In this document: positions 49,703 to 60,520 of the stretch, piece after piece
How the letters are laid out: every line of letters begins with the position of its first letter
How positions within the stretch are numbered: the stretch's first letter is position 1
Source: an uncultured Alphaproteobacteria bacterium
GTDB taxonomy: Bacteria; Pseudomonadota; Alphaproteobacteria; UBA11222
Reading direction: 5' to 3'
Length of the DNA: 60,969 nt
Assembly (NCBI GenBank): GCA_937888955.1
Contig: CALAQW010000086.1
Location: 1 to 60,969, forward strand
Made by a program: the position numbers and the translations under genes
The notes under the pieces: model-generated
Told to the model about the DNA's origin: nothing
Databases searched by the model: none
The model's input: the letters and a program-made list of their open reading frames with translations, nothing else

Positions 49703-49822
49703 CTGGACGCCGCATCCTGCGCACGCACTACTGCCCGAGACCCCCTATTCCGCATGGTCCAACCAGCCTATAGTCCCCATCGATCAGCCGCCCTGCGGAC
49801 ATGAAAAATTACGAGGGAAAGT

Positions 49823-50332
49823 TTGCGGACCAAGCCCATCGCCCATATCCCGAGCCCGCGCACCGGGTTGTGGATGGCCGTCGCTGTAAGCTGCGCGGTG
49901 CTGCTTGGCGCCTATGGCTTTGAGTATATCGGCGGACTGCGCCCCTGCACGCTTTGCTATTATCAGCGCCTGCCTTATGCGCTTGCCATTATTCTGGGTT
50001 TTGCAGCATTTTTGCGGCCCGCCCTGAACCGCCCCGGGCTTGCGGCGCTGACGCTCACCTTTATGGTGAGTGCGGGGCTTGGCGCCTATCACGCGGGGGT
50101 CGAACAGAAATGGTGGCCAGGGCCACAAGGATGCAGCGCTGGCGGCAACAAGGCGCAAAGCGTCGATGCGCTGCTTGCCGAACTGCTCGCAACCCCGGTG
50201 GTGATGTGCGACGAAATCCCCTGGTCCCTGTTCGGCCTGTCGCTTGCGGGCTATAATATGCTGATCTCGGCAGCGCTTGCGGTTTTCACAGCCGCGATCT
50301 GGTACAGCACACAGCAAGGCAGACAGCAATGA
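49823..50332 (+). CDS. dsbB: Disulfide bond formation protein B family
   Basis: CTLCYYQRLPY motif, a second Cys pair and 4 TM segments. TTG start with GAGGGA upstream. Confidence 0.75.
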   Translation: MRTKPIAHIPSPRTGLWMAVAVSCAVLLGAYGFEYIGGLRPCTLCYYQRLPYALAIILGFAAFLRPALNRPGLAALTLTFMVSAGLGAYHAGVEQKWWPGPQGCSAGGNKAQSVDALLAELLATPVVMCDEIPWSLFGLSLAGYNMLISAALAVFTAAIWYSTQQGRQQ

Positions 50333-50895
50333 GCGACCCGGCAGACACCCATCGCCCCGACCTCCCCGGCGAGGATCTTGTGCGCCGCACCGCGCGGATG
50401 ATCCGGGTCGACCATGCGGGCGAGCTGGCCGCCCATCGTATTTATCGCGGACAGCTTGCGGTGCTGGAAGCGCGCGGCGACCATGAAACCGCCGCGCTGA
50501 TCCGCGAGATGGCGGATCATGAAACCGCGCATCTGGACAGATTCGACGAGCTTGTCGTTGCGCGCAATGTCCGTCCGACCGCCCTGCGCCCGCTATGGGA
50601 TGTGGCGGGCTTCGGGCTTGGCGTCGCATCCGCATTGTTGGGAAAGAATGCGGCGATGGCCTGCACCGCGGCGGTGGAGGAGGTGATCGACGCGCATTAC
50701 GGCGCGCAGGAAAAAGCGCTCGGTACGGATGACCCGGAACTGTCAGCGGTCATTTCTGAATTCCGCGCCGATGAATGCGCGCATCGCGATATTGCGCTTG
50801 CCAATGGGGCGGAAACTGCCCCCGCCTTTGGCCCGCTCAGCGCTGCGATCAAGACCGGCTGCCGGATCGCAATCAAATTGTCGGAACGTTTCTGA
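50329..50895 (+). CDS. coq7: Demethoxyubiquinone hydroxylase (di-iron Coq7 family)
   Basis: RVDHAGELAA, EMADHETAHL and FRADECAHRD carboxylate-bridged di-iron motifs. ATGA overlap with dsbB. Confidence 0.85.
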   Translation: MSDPADTHRPDLPGEDLVRRTARMIRVDHAGELAAHRIYRGQLAVLEARGDHETAALIREMADHETAHLDRFDELVVARNVRPTALRPLWDVAGFGLGVASALLGKNAAMACTAAVEEVIDAHYGAQEKALGTDDPELSAVISEFRADECAHRDIALANGAETAPAFGPLSAAIKTGCRIAIKLSERF

Positions 50896-50915
50896 CACCC
50901 TGCGCGGGCGCGGAT

Positions 50916-51737
50916 CTATTCCTTGGCCAGCCGGTCGATCAACTGCCCCAGCATTTCCGCCTGTTGCGCGAATTCATCGCGGTTATCATAGCGCGCGCCA
51001 TGCACAAGATGGGTGACGCCCGCCGCGCGATAATCCCGCGCCAGCGCCAATGCGGCCGCAGGCGCATGCAGGGGCAAGCCGGCAAGCGCGACGATATCGG
51101 GTGCCGCACGGCCAAGCGCATCCGCCCGCGCCCGAAGTGCGGCGATATGGGGGGCAAGCTTTTCGGGCGGCTGCCGCATGGGAAACCAGCCATCCCCGTA
51201 ACGCAGGCACCGCTCAAGCGCATGCGGCGGGCGACCGCCTATATAAATCGGCGGACGCGGCGGGCGCGGTTTGAACAAAAATGGCTGACCATTGGCGGTT
51301 ACTTCATCATCCGCGAAACAGCGATGCAGAAATTCCAGCATCGCATCGCTATCTTTGCCACGGCTGCGGCGATCGCGCCCCAGCGCCCGGAATTCCGCCG
51401 CCATCCAGCCGATCCCCACCCCCAGCAGCAACCGGTTATCCGATAGCTCCTGAAGCGTGGCGATTGCCTTGGCAGTGGGCAGACCCGGTCGGTAAGGCAG
51501 CACCAGCACCCCGGTGCCAAGCGCGATCCGCTGCGTCACACCGGCCAGATAGGCAAGGCTTGTCAGCGGGTCGAGATAGCGCCCGCCCGAACCTTCCGCA
51601 TCGTCAGGCGGGATCGCGATATGATCGGCGACCCAAAGCGAGGCAAGCCCCGCTTCCTCCGCCAGCTCCGCCGCCGCGCGCAACAGCGGCCGGGTCGATT
51701 GCGGCCCCATCACGCGCAAGGTGGTGCCAAGCTTCAT
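50916..51737 (-). CDS. Luciferase-like monooxygenase (LLM) class oxidoreductase, probably F420-dependent
   Basis: 273 aa with a TIM-barrel LLM pattern (AEEAGLASLWVADH, LGVGIGW). It resembles the short Rv2161c-like F420 subgroup. The cofactor assignment is an inference. Confidence 0.6.
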   Translation of the reverse strand: MKLGTTLRVMGPQSTRPLLRAAAELAEEAGLASLWVADHIAIPPDDAEGSGGRYLDPLTSLAYLAGVTQRIALGTGVLVLPYRPGLPTAKAIATLQELSDNRLLLGVGIGWMAAEFRALGRDRRSRGKDSDAMLEFLHRCFADDEVTANGQPFLFKPRPPRPPIYIGGRPPHALERCLRYGDGWFPMRQPPEKLAPHIAALRARADALGRAAPDIVALAGLPLHAPAAALALARDYRAAGVTHLVHGARYDNRDEFAQQAEMLGQLIDRLAKE

Positions 51738-51755
51738 TGTTCCGGCCCGCGCGGG

Positions 51756-52547
51756 TCAGCGTTGATGATAGATCGGGCTGCGCTTTTCGGCACGCGCCGC
51801 CACCGCCTCGCGCTGATCCTCCGAATTCCAGCACAGGGCGATCCGCTGTTTGATTTTTTCCGAATCGACCTGTTCGCGCGCGATCTCGTTGAGCGACTGC
51901 TTCATGGTCTGCACCGACAGGGGCGCAAGCCCCGTTATATCGGCAACAAGCGCATCGGTCCGGGCGGCAAGCTCGGTGCGCGGGACAAGATAATCGAGAA
52001 ACCCGATGGCCGACAGGGCGGCATCATCGAAAGTCTCGACCGTCAGCAGAATGCGCTTTGCAGGGCCAAGCCCGACACGGCTGACAAACCGGCGCAGCCC
52101 CTTTTCAGGATAATGGATGCCCAGCTTCGCCGGCGGCACGAACATCCGCATCCCCTCGATCCCGATCCGGAAATCGCAGCACAGGCTGATTTCCGCGCCG
52201 CCCCCGTAAACGCTGCCATTGAAGGCGCAGATGGTGGGCAGGCGGAAATTCTCCAGCGTATCGGTCAGATCCTCGAACGGATTGCCCTTGAATTTGCGAT
52301 CCTCAAGCTCGTTGAGGAATGCGCCCGAACAGAAACTCTTCTCCCCCGCTCCGGTCAGGACGACCACCCTGAGATCGGGGTCCTTTTCAAGGGTCTGCAA
52401 TGTCTCGGTCAGCCCGACCATATCCCCCTGGGAAAGGGAATTGTGCCGCTCGGGGCGGTTGAGCGTGATCGTCGCGCGCGCACCGGTGATCGCCACCTGC
52501 AACCCCTCGGGCCATTCCTGCGCTCCTGACTGTACTGTTTCACTCAT
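51756..52547 (-). CDS. Enoyl-CoA hydratase/isomerase (crotonase) family
   Basis: ITLNRPERHNSL, FCSGAFL and YGGGAEISLCCDFRI motifs. Confidence 0.85.
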   Translation of the reverse strand: MSETVQSGAQEWPEGLQVAITGARATITLNRPERHNSLSQGDMVGLTETLQTLEKDPDLRVVVLTGAGEKSFCSGAFLNELEDRKFKGNPFEDLTDTLENFRLPTICAFNGSVYGGGAEISLCCDFRIGIEGMRMFVPPAKLGIHYPEKGLRRFVSRVGLGPAKRILLTVETFDDAALSAIGFLDYLVPRTELAARTDALVADITGLAPLSVQTMKQSLNEIAREQVDSEKIKQRIALCWNSEDQREAVAARAEKRSPIYHQR

Positions 52548-52721
52548 CGGTTCGGTATTCCTGTCTCTTGCCGCGCATGACCCCCGCCGGCAGGCATTCG
52601 GGCGGACGCGATAGTGTCGGTTCGCGCCATTATGTCATAACCTGCCGCAATCGGACCATCGCTTGCACCGGTTGAAGGAATGATGCGGCGGAAATTGCGG
52701 CAAAAAACACGCCGCCTTGGC

Positions 52722-53558
52722 ATGGGGATCGCAACCTTGCTGGGTCGGCCACAGGGATTTTTCATCCCCTACCGTTATGCCGCGCATGTGCGGCAGGCGG
52801 AAGCATCGCGCCCGGATTCGGAAATCGCGCGCCGATTTGCCGCAAAGGAGCCGGCCTTTGCCGCATGGCTTGCCGCGCTTGCCCCCTTCGCCGCGGAGTT
52901 TGCCCGCATCGGCACCGCCCCGCCGCCGGCCCCGCGCTGGGAGCAGGACTGGTTTCCCCGTCTTGACGGGGCGATGGCCTGGGCGATGGTGGCAATACAC
53001 AAACCCGCACAGATTATCGAAATCGGTTCGGGCCATTCGACACGTTTCCTCGCCCATGCGGCGGCCCGCCATTCCCCGGCGACCGAGATCACCACCATCG
53101 ACCCGGCGCCGCGCGCAAAGCTTGCCGGCCTGCCGATCACCCGGCTGACGATGCGCTTGCAAGATGCCCTGCGGGAGAAAACCGCCCCCCTGTTCGAGGA
53201 ACTCGGGCCAGGCGATATCCTGTTTATCGATTCAAGCCATATCCTGATGCCGGGCACCGATGTCGATCTGCTGCTGAACCAGATCGTGCCGGTTCTGGCG
53301 GAAGGGGTCCTTGTGCATGTCCACGATATTTTCCTGCCCGACCCCTATCCCGCCGCCTGGCACTGGCGCGGCTATAACGAGCAGCAGGCACTTGCCCCGC
53401 TGATCCTGTGCGGCGCGTTCGATCCGCTTTTCTCAAGCCATTATGTGCAAAGCCGCATGGGCGCGGCGCTGGCGCAAAGCGCTGCTTGCACCCTCCCGCT
53501 GCCCGCCGGTGCTTATGAAACAAGCCTCTGGTTGCGCAAAACAGCGACACCGTTATGA
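52722..53558 (+). CDS. Class I SAM-dependent methyltransferase-like protein
   Basis: IIEIGSGHSTRFL (motif I-like) and ILFIDSSH. The family assignment is tentative. An alternative start lies at 52680. Confidence 0.5.
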   Translation: MGIATLLGRPQGFFIPYRYAAHVRQAEASRPDSEIARRFAAKEPAFAAWLAALAPFAAEFARIGTAPPPAPRWEQDWFPRLDGAMAWAMVAIHKPAQIIEIGSGHSTRFLAHAAARHSPATEITTIDPAPRAKLAGLPITRLTMRLQDALREKTAPLFEELGPGDILFIDSSHILMPGTDVDLLLNQIVPVLAEGVLVHVHDIFLPDPYPAAWHWRGYNEQQALAPLILCGAFDPLFSSHYVQSRMGAALAQSAACTLPLPAGAYETSLWLRKTATPL

Positions 53559-53578
53559 CCGGCATAAAATGGCCGCGC

Positions 53579-54778
53579 TCAGTGATACGGATCGGCCGCA
53601 TCGCGCAGCCCGTCGCCCAGGAAATTGAACGCCAGCACGACAAGGATCACCGGCAGCATCGGCAGCAGCAGCCAGGGATAGAATTCGATCGCGGCCAGGT
53701 TCTGCGCATCGTTGAGCAACACGCCCCAGCTTGTGACCGGCGGCCGTAATCCAAGCCCGAGAAAGGACAGTGCCGTCTCCCCAAGGATCATGGCCGGCAC
53801 CGACAGGGTCACGCTCGCGATCAGATGGCTTGCGAAATTGGGCAGCAGATGCCGGCCGATAATACGTGCGGGCCGCGCGCCCATCAGTTCGGCCGCAGTG
53901 GTGAAATCCTCTTCCCGCAGCGACAGGATCTTGGCGCGCACCGCCCGCGCAAGCCCGGGCCAGTCAAGCAGCCCGAGGATCACGGTAATCCCGAGATAGA
54001 TGAGAATGGGGCTCCACGTCACCGGCAGCGCGGCGGACAACGCCATCCATAATGGCAGTTCCGGCAGCGAGCGGATAATCTCGATCAGCCGCTGGCTCAA
54101 CCCGTCGACCCAGCCACCCAGATATCCCGCAAGCCCGCCGATCAACAGCCCGAGCAGCAGACTGATTGTCACCCCGACAAGCCCGATGGTCAGGGAAATC
54201 CGCGTGCCATAAACGATCCGCGAAAACAGATCCCGGCCAAGCCTGTCGGTCCCGAACAGATAGAGTGTCGCACCCCGGGCAGGGCAGAACAGATGCCAGT
54301 CGAGCGGCCACAGATTCCAGAGCTCATAGGCCGGCCCGCGACAGAAGAAGCGCAGCTTTTGCGGGCTGTCGCGGTCTTCCACATAATCCCATTTGAACAA
54401 ATCGAGATTGGGCACCGCGCGATAGGGGTAGGTGAACGGGCCGACAAATTCCCCCTCATGAAAAAAATGCAGCCCCTGCGGCGGCGCAAACAGATAATCC
54501 GCATTCCGGTCCTGCAGCCCGTAAGGGGCGATCATCTCGCTGAACGGGATCGTGGCATAGATCAGCGCCAGGAAAATACCGCTCCAAAGCGCCAGTTTGT
54601 GGCGGCGGAACTTCCACCAGATCAGTTGCCGTTGCGATGCGAAATTCTGGCCGTTACCGCGCCAGCGCGGCTCAAGCTCGGGCGCGAAGGGGGCGGGGTT
54701 CACATAATGCGGCAACGGGTCACTGCCCGGTGCGGCCGGGCGCGCGGGTGGCGGCGGCTCTTGCGGCATGTCGCTCAT
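53579..54778 (-). CDS. Peptide/opine/nickel-type ABC transporter permease (DppC/YejE-like) with a long N-terminal extension
   Basis: [18 protein letters not shown] and the C-terminal binding-protein-dependent transport signature. Confidence 0.85.
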   Translation of the reverse strand: MSDMPQEPPPPARPAAPGSDPLPHYVNPAPFAPELEPRWRGNGQNFASQRQLIWWKFRRHKLALWSGIFLALIYATIPFSEMIAPYGLQDRNADYLFAPPQGLHFFHEGEFVGPFTYPYRAVPNLDLFKWDYVEDRDSPQKLRFFCRGPAYELWNLWPLDWHLFCPARGATLYLFGTDRLGRDLFSRIVYGTRISLTIGLVGVTISLLLGLLIGGLAGYLGGWVDGLSQRLIEIIRSLPELPLWMALSAALPVTWSPILIYLGITVILGLLDWPGLARAVRAKILSLREEDFTTAAELMGARPARIIGRHLLPNFASHLIASVTLSVPAMILGETALSFLGLGLRPPVTSWGVLLNDAQNLAAIEFYPWLLLPMLPVILVVLAFNFLGDGLRDAADPYH

Positions 54779-55806
54779 CGCCCCGCAACCGCCTTTCCCT
54801 GAAGCCGGATGCGCGGATCAAGCAGACCCAGCAACAGATCGGAGATCAGCATTCCCGCCACCGTCAGCATGGCGACGAACATCAGGATGAAGCCCGCAAG
54901 ATACTGATCCTGGCTGCGCAATGCCCCAAGCAGCACCGGCCCGACCGTGGGCAGGTTCAGCACCACCGACACGATGACCGAGCCCGAGACCATCTGCGGC
55001 AGCAGATCGCCGATATCGGCGATGAAAGGATTAAGCGCCATGCGCAGCGGATATTTCGCAAGCATGCGCCCGCGCGGCAATCCCTTGGCGCGCGCGGTCA
55101 CGACATAGGGCTTGCGCAACTCGTCCAGCAGATTGGCACGCAGCCGCCGGATCATCGCCGCCGTCCCCGCGGTGCCGATCACGATCACCGGAACCGCAAG
55201 ATGCGACAGCACCGAACCGAGCTTGGCAAGGCTCCAGGGCGCATCCATATATTCAGGCGCCATCAACCCGCCAATCGACAGACCGAACCAGAGATTGGCA
55301 TAATAAAGCAGGATCAGCCCGAGCAGGAAATTCGGCGTGGCCAGCCCCAGATAACCAAGCAGCGTAAAACCGTAATCGCCGATGCTGTATTGCCGGGTCG
55401 CCGAATAGACCCCGATCGGAAAGGCCACAAGATAGATAAACAGAACGGTCGCGAAATTAAGCAGCAGCGTCAGCCCCAGACTGTCGCCAAGCACCACGGC
55501 CACCGGCTGATCATATTCAAAGGACCATCCCCAGTTACCCTGTAACAGCCCGTTCAGCCCGTCAGGTCCCGGCCAGATACCGACCCAGACCGCATATTGT
55601 TCGATAAAAGGCCGGTCAAAGCCGAATTGCGCGCGCAGGAATTCGACCTTGGCAAGGCTTGCCTCCTCACCCTGGGCGCGCAGCTCGTCGATCTGGTTGG
55701 ACAGATAATCGCCGGGCGGCAACTGGATAATGAAAAAAATCAGCAGACTGATCGCAATCAGGGTCGGAACGGCAAGCAGCAACCGCCTTATGACATAGCG
55801 CAGCAT
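54775..55806 (-). CDS. Peptide-type ABC transporter permease (DppB/YejB-like)
   Basis: [27 protein letters not shown]-terminus. Start 4 nt after the SBP stop. Confidence 0.85.
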   Translation of the reverse strand: MLRYVIRRLLLAVPTLIAISLLIFFIIQLPPGDYLSNQIDELRAQGEEASLAKVEFLRAQFGFDRPFIEQYAVWVGIWPGPDGLNGLLQGNWGWSFEYDQPVAVVLGDSLGLTLLLNFATVLFIYLVAFPIGVYSATRQYSIGDYGFTLLGYLGLATPNFLLGLILLYYANLWFGLSIGGLMAPEYMDAPWSLAKLGSVLSHLAVPVIVIGTAGTAAMIRRLRANLLDELRKPYVVTARAKGLPRGRMLAKYPLRMALNPFIADIGDLLPQMVSGSVIVSVVLNLPTVGPVLLGALRSQDQYLAGFILMFVAMLTVAGMLISDLLLGLLDPRIRLQGKAVAGR

Positions 55807-55810
55807 CGGT

Positions 55811-57784
55811 TCACCCCCCCTCACCGGGCGCCGGCACGTCAGGCGCATCGGCGAACCAGAACTGATCGGGCCGGTAAATGCCGAATTGCGCACCCGGATC
55901 CCATCCATAAAAGGCTTCTTGCGGCACGTTGCGCAGATTATCGGCAACGACAACGGGTTGCTGTACCCCGGCGATGATGCCGATCGTATATTGCGCATCC
56001 GCATGCAGGTTCAGCATTTCACGCCAGATCGCGCGGCGGCGTTCCGGCGTTGCCCCGCGCCATTCCTGCGCCAGCGTCAGCAGATAGACAGGCTCGGCCA
56101 TATCGGGCGGTTCGCCGCCCTTGCCGCCGGTCTGATAATATTGCCCCCAGCGTGGCCATTGCAGATCGTCCTGCGCCATCGGCGCAAGCATATCGGGCGG
56201 CATGTCCGCGGTGGGCATGCCGGTATCAAAACCGCTCCACACCGTCATCATGGCCTTGCCCGCATAGGCGCGATTGCGCATCACCTCCCGCTGGGACGGC
56301 TTGATAAGCAGATCGATGCCGATCATCTTCCAGTCCGCGGCGATGAGCTCAAGGATATCGACCTGTTCGGACGATTCGCCTGCGGTTTCCACGATGATAC
56401 GCAAGGGTTGCCCGTCAGGCAGCAGCCGGATGCCGCGCCCGTCCCGCGCGGTCAACTCCAGCGCATCGAGCATACGGTTGGCCACCGCCCGGTTATACAC
56501 CGCCCAGCGGGTCTGCAGCGCCGGCTCGAACAGGGGCGAGGTCGGCAACACCATGTTGTTACCCTCAAGCGCCAATCCGAAGAACAGGGAGCGGTTGATC
56601 AGATGCCGGTCGATACCAAGCGACAAGGCGCGGCGGAACCGCACATCGCGGAACAGCGCGCGCCAGACAGGCCGCTCGTAATTCAGATTGGGATAAAGCG
56701 CCATATGCGCCCCGGCCGACAGCGGCCAGAGCCGGGTTTGATAGCCGTTGCGTGCCTCCCCCTGCCGCAGCACGGTGATATCGCTGAAGCTCAATCCGCG
56801 CGCCTGAAGATCGGTTTCCCCCGCATTGGTCTTGGCGGCAATCAGCCGCCCGTCGGCAACCTGCATCACGACCCTGTCGATATAGGGTAATTGCCGGCCG
56901 GCCGCATCCACCCGGTGATAATAGGGGTTCCGCTCGAACACATATTGCGCGGCGGGCGAGGGTGTGCGGTTCACCCAGGGCTGCAGGGTCGGCATATCGA
57001 TATTGTCGAACTTGTACATATTGTCGCGCCGGTTATGCAGCGCGGCCCAGTTACGCACTTTCTCCGATGCGATCATTGCAGCCAGCCGGTCGGGGTCGGC
57101 ATAGCGGATATGAAACTGACCGAGATAATGCGCCGGGCGATAGATAAAGGGTGGCCGCGCCTGCGCCAGCGCGGACAAAAATGCCGGATTGGGGCTTGAC
57201 CAGCGATAGCGCACGGTCAGCGGGTCGATCACCTCGAATTGCGGCAGCGCACCATCCGCCAGCATCAGCGCGGGCGGGCCCGCGGGGCTGAGCTCGGGGT
57301 TGGTTGCGATATCCTCCCAGTAATAACGGAAATCCTCCGCCGTGAAAGGGTGCCCGTCGGACCAGCGATGTCCCGACCGCAATCTGAAGGTGAATATCCG
57401 CTCATCGGTCACCTCGTAACTCTGCAAAATGTCGGGCAGCAGCCTGAGGCGCGCATCACGTCCGACAAGCCGGGCATAGCCGTTCACCACCATATAGCGG
57501 ATATCACGCGACTTTGTAATCAGGGTACGGAGCGTACCGCCATAGTTTCCAGGCTCAAGCGCTTGCGCAGCCAGATCGACAATCAGGGGCTGATCAGGCA
57601 AACGCGCGGCAATCGGCGGCAAGCGGCCCGCCGCAACCGCCGACGCGAAAAATGGCGGTTCGATATCGCTGCGCCCTTCCTCGGCCCGCGCGTTACCGAC
57701 AGATAGTACCAGCACCACACAGGCAAGCAGCAGCCCTGCGACAATGGCAGATGTGAAAGGCGTTTTATGCGGCATGGGCGTCAA
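55811..57784 (-). CDS. Family-5 extracellular solute-binding protein (peptide/opine type), 657 aa
   Basis: Signal peptide, large size and SBP_bac_5-like sequence (GHRWSDGHPFTAEDF). Confidence 0.8.
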   Translation of the reverse strand: MTPMPHKTPFTSAIVAGLLLACVVLVLSVGNARAEEGRSDIEPPFFASAVAAGRLPPIAARLPDQPLIVDLAAQALEPGNYGGTLRTLITKSRDIRYMVVNGYARLVGRDARLRLLPDILQSYEVTDERIFTFRLRSGHRWSDGHPFTAEDFRYYWEDIATNPELSPAGPPALMLADGALPQFEVIDPLTVRYRWSSPNPAFLSALAQARPPFIYRPAHYLGQFHIRYADPDRLAAMIASEKVRNWAALHNRRDNMYKFDNIDMPTLQPWVNRTPSPAAQYVFERNPYYHRVDAAGRQLPYIDRVVMQVADGRLIAAKTNAGETDLQARGLSFSDITVLRQGEARNGYQTRLWPLSAGAHMALYPNLNYERPVWRALFRDVRFRRALSLGIDRHLINRSLFFGLALEGNNMVLPTSPLFEPALQTRWAVYNRAVANRMLDALELTARDGRGIRLLPDGQPLRIIVETAGESSEQVDILELIAADWKMIGIDLLIKPSQREVMRNRAYAGKAMMTVWSGFDTGMPTADMPPDMLAPMAQDDLQWPRWGQYYQTGGKGGEPPDMAEPVYLLTLAQEWRGATPERRRAIWREMLNLHADAQYTIGIIAGVQQPVVVADNLRNVPQEAFYGWDPGAQFGIYRPDQFWFADAPDVPAPGEGG

Positions 57785-59648
57785 ACACCCTGACGAAATG
57801 GGTCGGGGAGACAGGCTTCATCCGCGCCGGCAGTGTGCCTGTCTCGCGAAACGGCACCGGCCAGCCATCCGTCCCGCCTGCGGCGCTCGCCATCGCCGCC
57901 GCAAAATCGAACGGCGTATCGGGGTCTGGGTCGGGCACCGCCGCAAGCAGCGCGCGGGTATAGGGGTGGATCGGGTTGCGGAACAGTTCATCGCAACCGC
58001 CGGTTTCCACAACCCGCCCGCGATGCATGACGATAACCCGATCGGCAATCTGACGCACCACGGCCAGATCATGGCTGACGAAAAGATAGGTCAGGGAAAG
58101 CTCCGCCTGCAGATCTTTAAGAAGCGCGAGAATACGTGCCTGCACCGAGACATCGAGCGCGGAAACAGGTTCGTCGCAAATCAGTAATTCCGGATCGAGC
58201 GCCAGAGCGCGTGCGATACCGATCCGTTGCCGCTGTCCACCTGAAAAGGCATGCGGGTAACGCGCCAGATGATCGGGGTCAAGCCCCACGCGCTGCATCA
58301 GCATGCGTGCCCGCGCGCGACGCGATGCACGATTGCCGCGACCGTGAATCTGCAACGGCTCGCACAACAGATCGCCAATCGTCATCCGCGGATTGAGGGA
58401 GGAAAAAGGATCCTGAAAAATATACTGCACCCGCGTCCGGTAATCGCTGAGCGCGCGGCCCTGGAACGTCGCGATATCTGTGCCCCTGAACCGGATTTCA
58501 CCGGCATCAGGCATGAGCGCGCGCATGATCAGCCGCGCTGTCGTCGTCTTTCCGCAACCCGATTCGCCGACCAGACCCACGCATTCGCCGCGATATAGAT
58601 CGAAACTTACATCCGCGACCGCGGCAATCGGCGCGGCCCCGCCGGCGCGCGCGCGGCTGGCGGCACGGGATTGAAACCCTTTATATACGCCCTGTACGGA
58701 AAGAATTATGTCCGGATCGCTTTTCTTCAGATCCGCGCGCGCCGCAACGCCGGCAGGATCATCGCCGGCACCGGAAAGGGAAGAGGAAGGAGAAGGAACA
58801 AGCCGTGGCACGGCATCAAGCAGCGCGCGCAAATAGGGATGCGCCGGCGCGGAAAAGATCGCCCGCCTGTCGCCCGCTTCCATCACCTGACCCTGATGCA
58901 GGACGACGATTTCATCAGCAAGATGCGCGACCACCCCGAGATCATGGGTGATAAGCAGCACCGCCATATCAAGTTCGTCCTGCAAACGCTGCAACAGGGC
59001 GAGGATCTGCGCCTGGATCGTTACATCAAGCGCGGTTGTCGGCTCATCGGCAATCAGCAGGGCAGGCCGGCAGATGATCGCCATTGCGATCACCGCCCGC
59101 TGCCGCAAGCCGCCCGACAATTCGAACGGATAGGCCTGCCAGGCGCGGTCAGGATCGGGAAACCCGACCAGCCGCAGCGTATCGATAGTCAATGCCCGGG
59201 CGGCCGCACCCGACAGCCGCAGATGAAAGCGCGCAGATTCACTCACCTGATCGCCAATGGTGTGAAGCGGCGACAGGGCGCTCATCGGTTCCTGAAAAAC
59301 CATGCCCATATGCCGCCCCTGCAGCGCGCGGAGCCCCCGGTCCGAGCGCGCCAACCGGGCAATATCGCGCGGCGGCGTCTGCGCGGACTTGTCGTGATCG
59401 AACAGCAGCTGCCCCGAGGTGATTTCCCCGTTTGCCGGCAACAGCCCCATGATCGTCTGCGCGATCACCGTCTTGCCTGATCCCGATTCGCCGACAAGCG
59501 CGACGGTACGCCCGCGCGGCACGCGGAAGCTGACCCGTTCCAGCGCGCGAAACGCCCCCGCAGGCATGCGGAATTCGACGCTGAGATCGCTGACGGAGAG
59601 CAGGTTGGATGCTGATGCAGGAATGGACAAGGCGTTTTCCGGTTGCAA
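57765..59648 (-). CDS. Fused double ABC ATPase (DppD/DppF-like, YejF type)
   Basis: Two Walker A motifs ([17 protein letters not shown]) and two signature motifs ([16 protein letters not shown]). Confidence 0.9.
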   Translation of the reverse strand: MQPENALSIPASASNLLSVSDLSVEFRMPAGAFRALERVSFRVPRGRTVALVGESGSGKTVIAQTIMGLLPANGEITSGQLLFDHDKSAQTPPRDIARLARSDRGLRALQGRHMGMVFQEPMSALSPLHTIGDQVSESARFHLRLSGAAARALTIDTLRLVGFPDPDRAWQAYPFELSGGLRQRAVIAMAIICRPALLIADEPTTALDVTIQAQILALLQRLQDELDMAVLLITHDLGVVAHLADEIVVLHQGQVMEAGDRRAIFSAPAHPYLRALLDAVPRLVPSPSSSLSGAGDDPAGVAARADLKKSDPDIILSVQGVYKGFQSRAASRARAGGAAPIAAVADVSFDLYRGECVGLVGESGCGKTTTARLIMRALMPDAGEIRFRGTDIATFQGRALSDYRTRVQYIFQDPFSSLNPRMTIGDLLCEPLQIHGRGNRASRRARARMLMQRVGLDPDHLARYPHAFSGGQRQRIGIARALALDPELLICDEPVSALDVSVQARILALLKDLQAELSLTYLFVSHDLAVVRQIADRVIVMHRGRVVETGGCDELFRNPIHPYTRALLAAVPDPDPDTPFDFAAAMASAAGGTDGWPVPFRETGTLPARMKPVSPTHFVRVFDAHAA

Positions 59649-59665
59649 TGGTGCTGCGCAGAAAA

Positions 59666-60520
59666 CTACCCGTTCCGGGGCGGCGAGGAAAGTTCGCCTA
59701 TCGCATCCCGGTCAGGCGCGAAGATTTGCCGCGCGGACAACCAGCGCACAGCCGGCCGGCCATTGCGCGGCTGACATAATGCATCAAACAGCCTGCGCAG
59801 GAAATCGTTGCTGTCTGCCCCCTGCACCTGGTGATGGGTAAGGATGCCGATCGGTTCCACATCCCCTGACGCCCCCGGGTCCGCCTGCAGCCGGGAACGG
59901 CGCGTGGCAAGCAGACCGGTCAATGTCGCAAGCAGACGGGAAGCGGGCACAAGCCCGCGCGTGCCGCGCCAGTCGATAATGTCGAGATGGCAATTGCAGA
60001 CCGTCAGACCGGCGCCCGGCTGTCGCGCCTCACCTGCCCCGAAGGTCGATAATCCGACATAGCCAAGCCCGGGAAGCGCGGGAAGCAGGCGTGGATCGAT
60101 GCGGTTCCACGGTGGCACCAGCACCGGCAAGGCCGCGACCGCGGCAGCGGCCGCAGCGGCGTTCAGCGCCGCGCACGCCCCGGAAAGCTCGCGCTGCATC
60201 AGCGGCAACGGTCGGTGCGGCCCGAATTCGGCTTTCTTTTCACCCTGCGGGGCATGATTGCGATGCGCCGCGCCATGCACAAGCGCGGTTACCCCCGCCA
60301 CCCCCGACAGATAACGCCATAAATCCGCATCCGCCTGCATGGGCGGTATGGCAAGTGCAAGCGGCAGCGAAAATGCCGCGCGCAGATCAAGTAATTGTTG
60401 CAGACGCGGATCACGGGATTGCGCATCATCGTCGCGCCACCAGCATTCGGCCACAAGCCCCGCATCGGCCCAGCGGTCAAGTTCACGCGCAAGGGCTGGC
60501 CAGTCCGCCATTTCACCCAT
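59666..60520 (-). CDS. Cytoplasmic polysaccharide-deacetylase-like protein (divergent NodB-type metal site)
   Basis: WWRDDDA (a DD motif) and HGAAH (HxxxH) resemble NodB motifs 1 and 2. No signal peptide. Tentative call. Confidence 0.4.
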   Translation of the reverse strand: MGEMADWPALARELDRWADAGLVAECWWRDDDAQSRDPRLQQLLDLRAAFSLPLALAIPPMQADADLWRYLSGVAGVTALVHGAAHRNHAPQGEKKAEFGPHRPLPLMQRELSGACAALNAAAAAAAVAALPVLVPPWNRIDPRLLPALPGLGYVGLSTFGAGEARQPGAGLTVCNCHLDIIDWRGTRGLVPASRLLATLTGLLATRRSRLQADPGASGDVEPIGILTHHQVQGADSNDFLRRLFDALCQPRNGRPAVRWLSARQIFAPDRDAIGELSSPPRNG

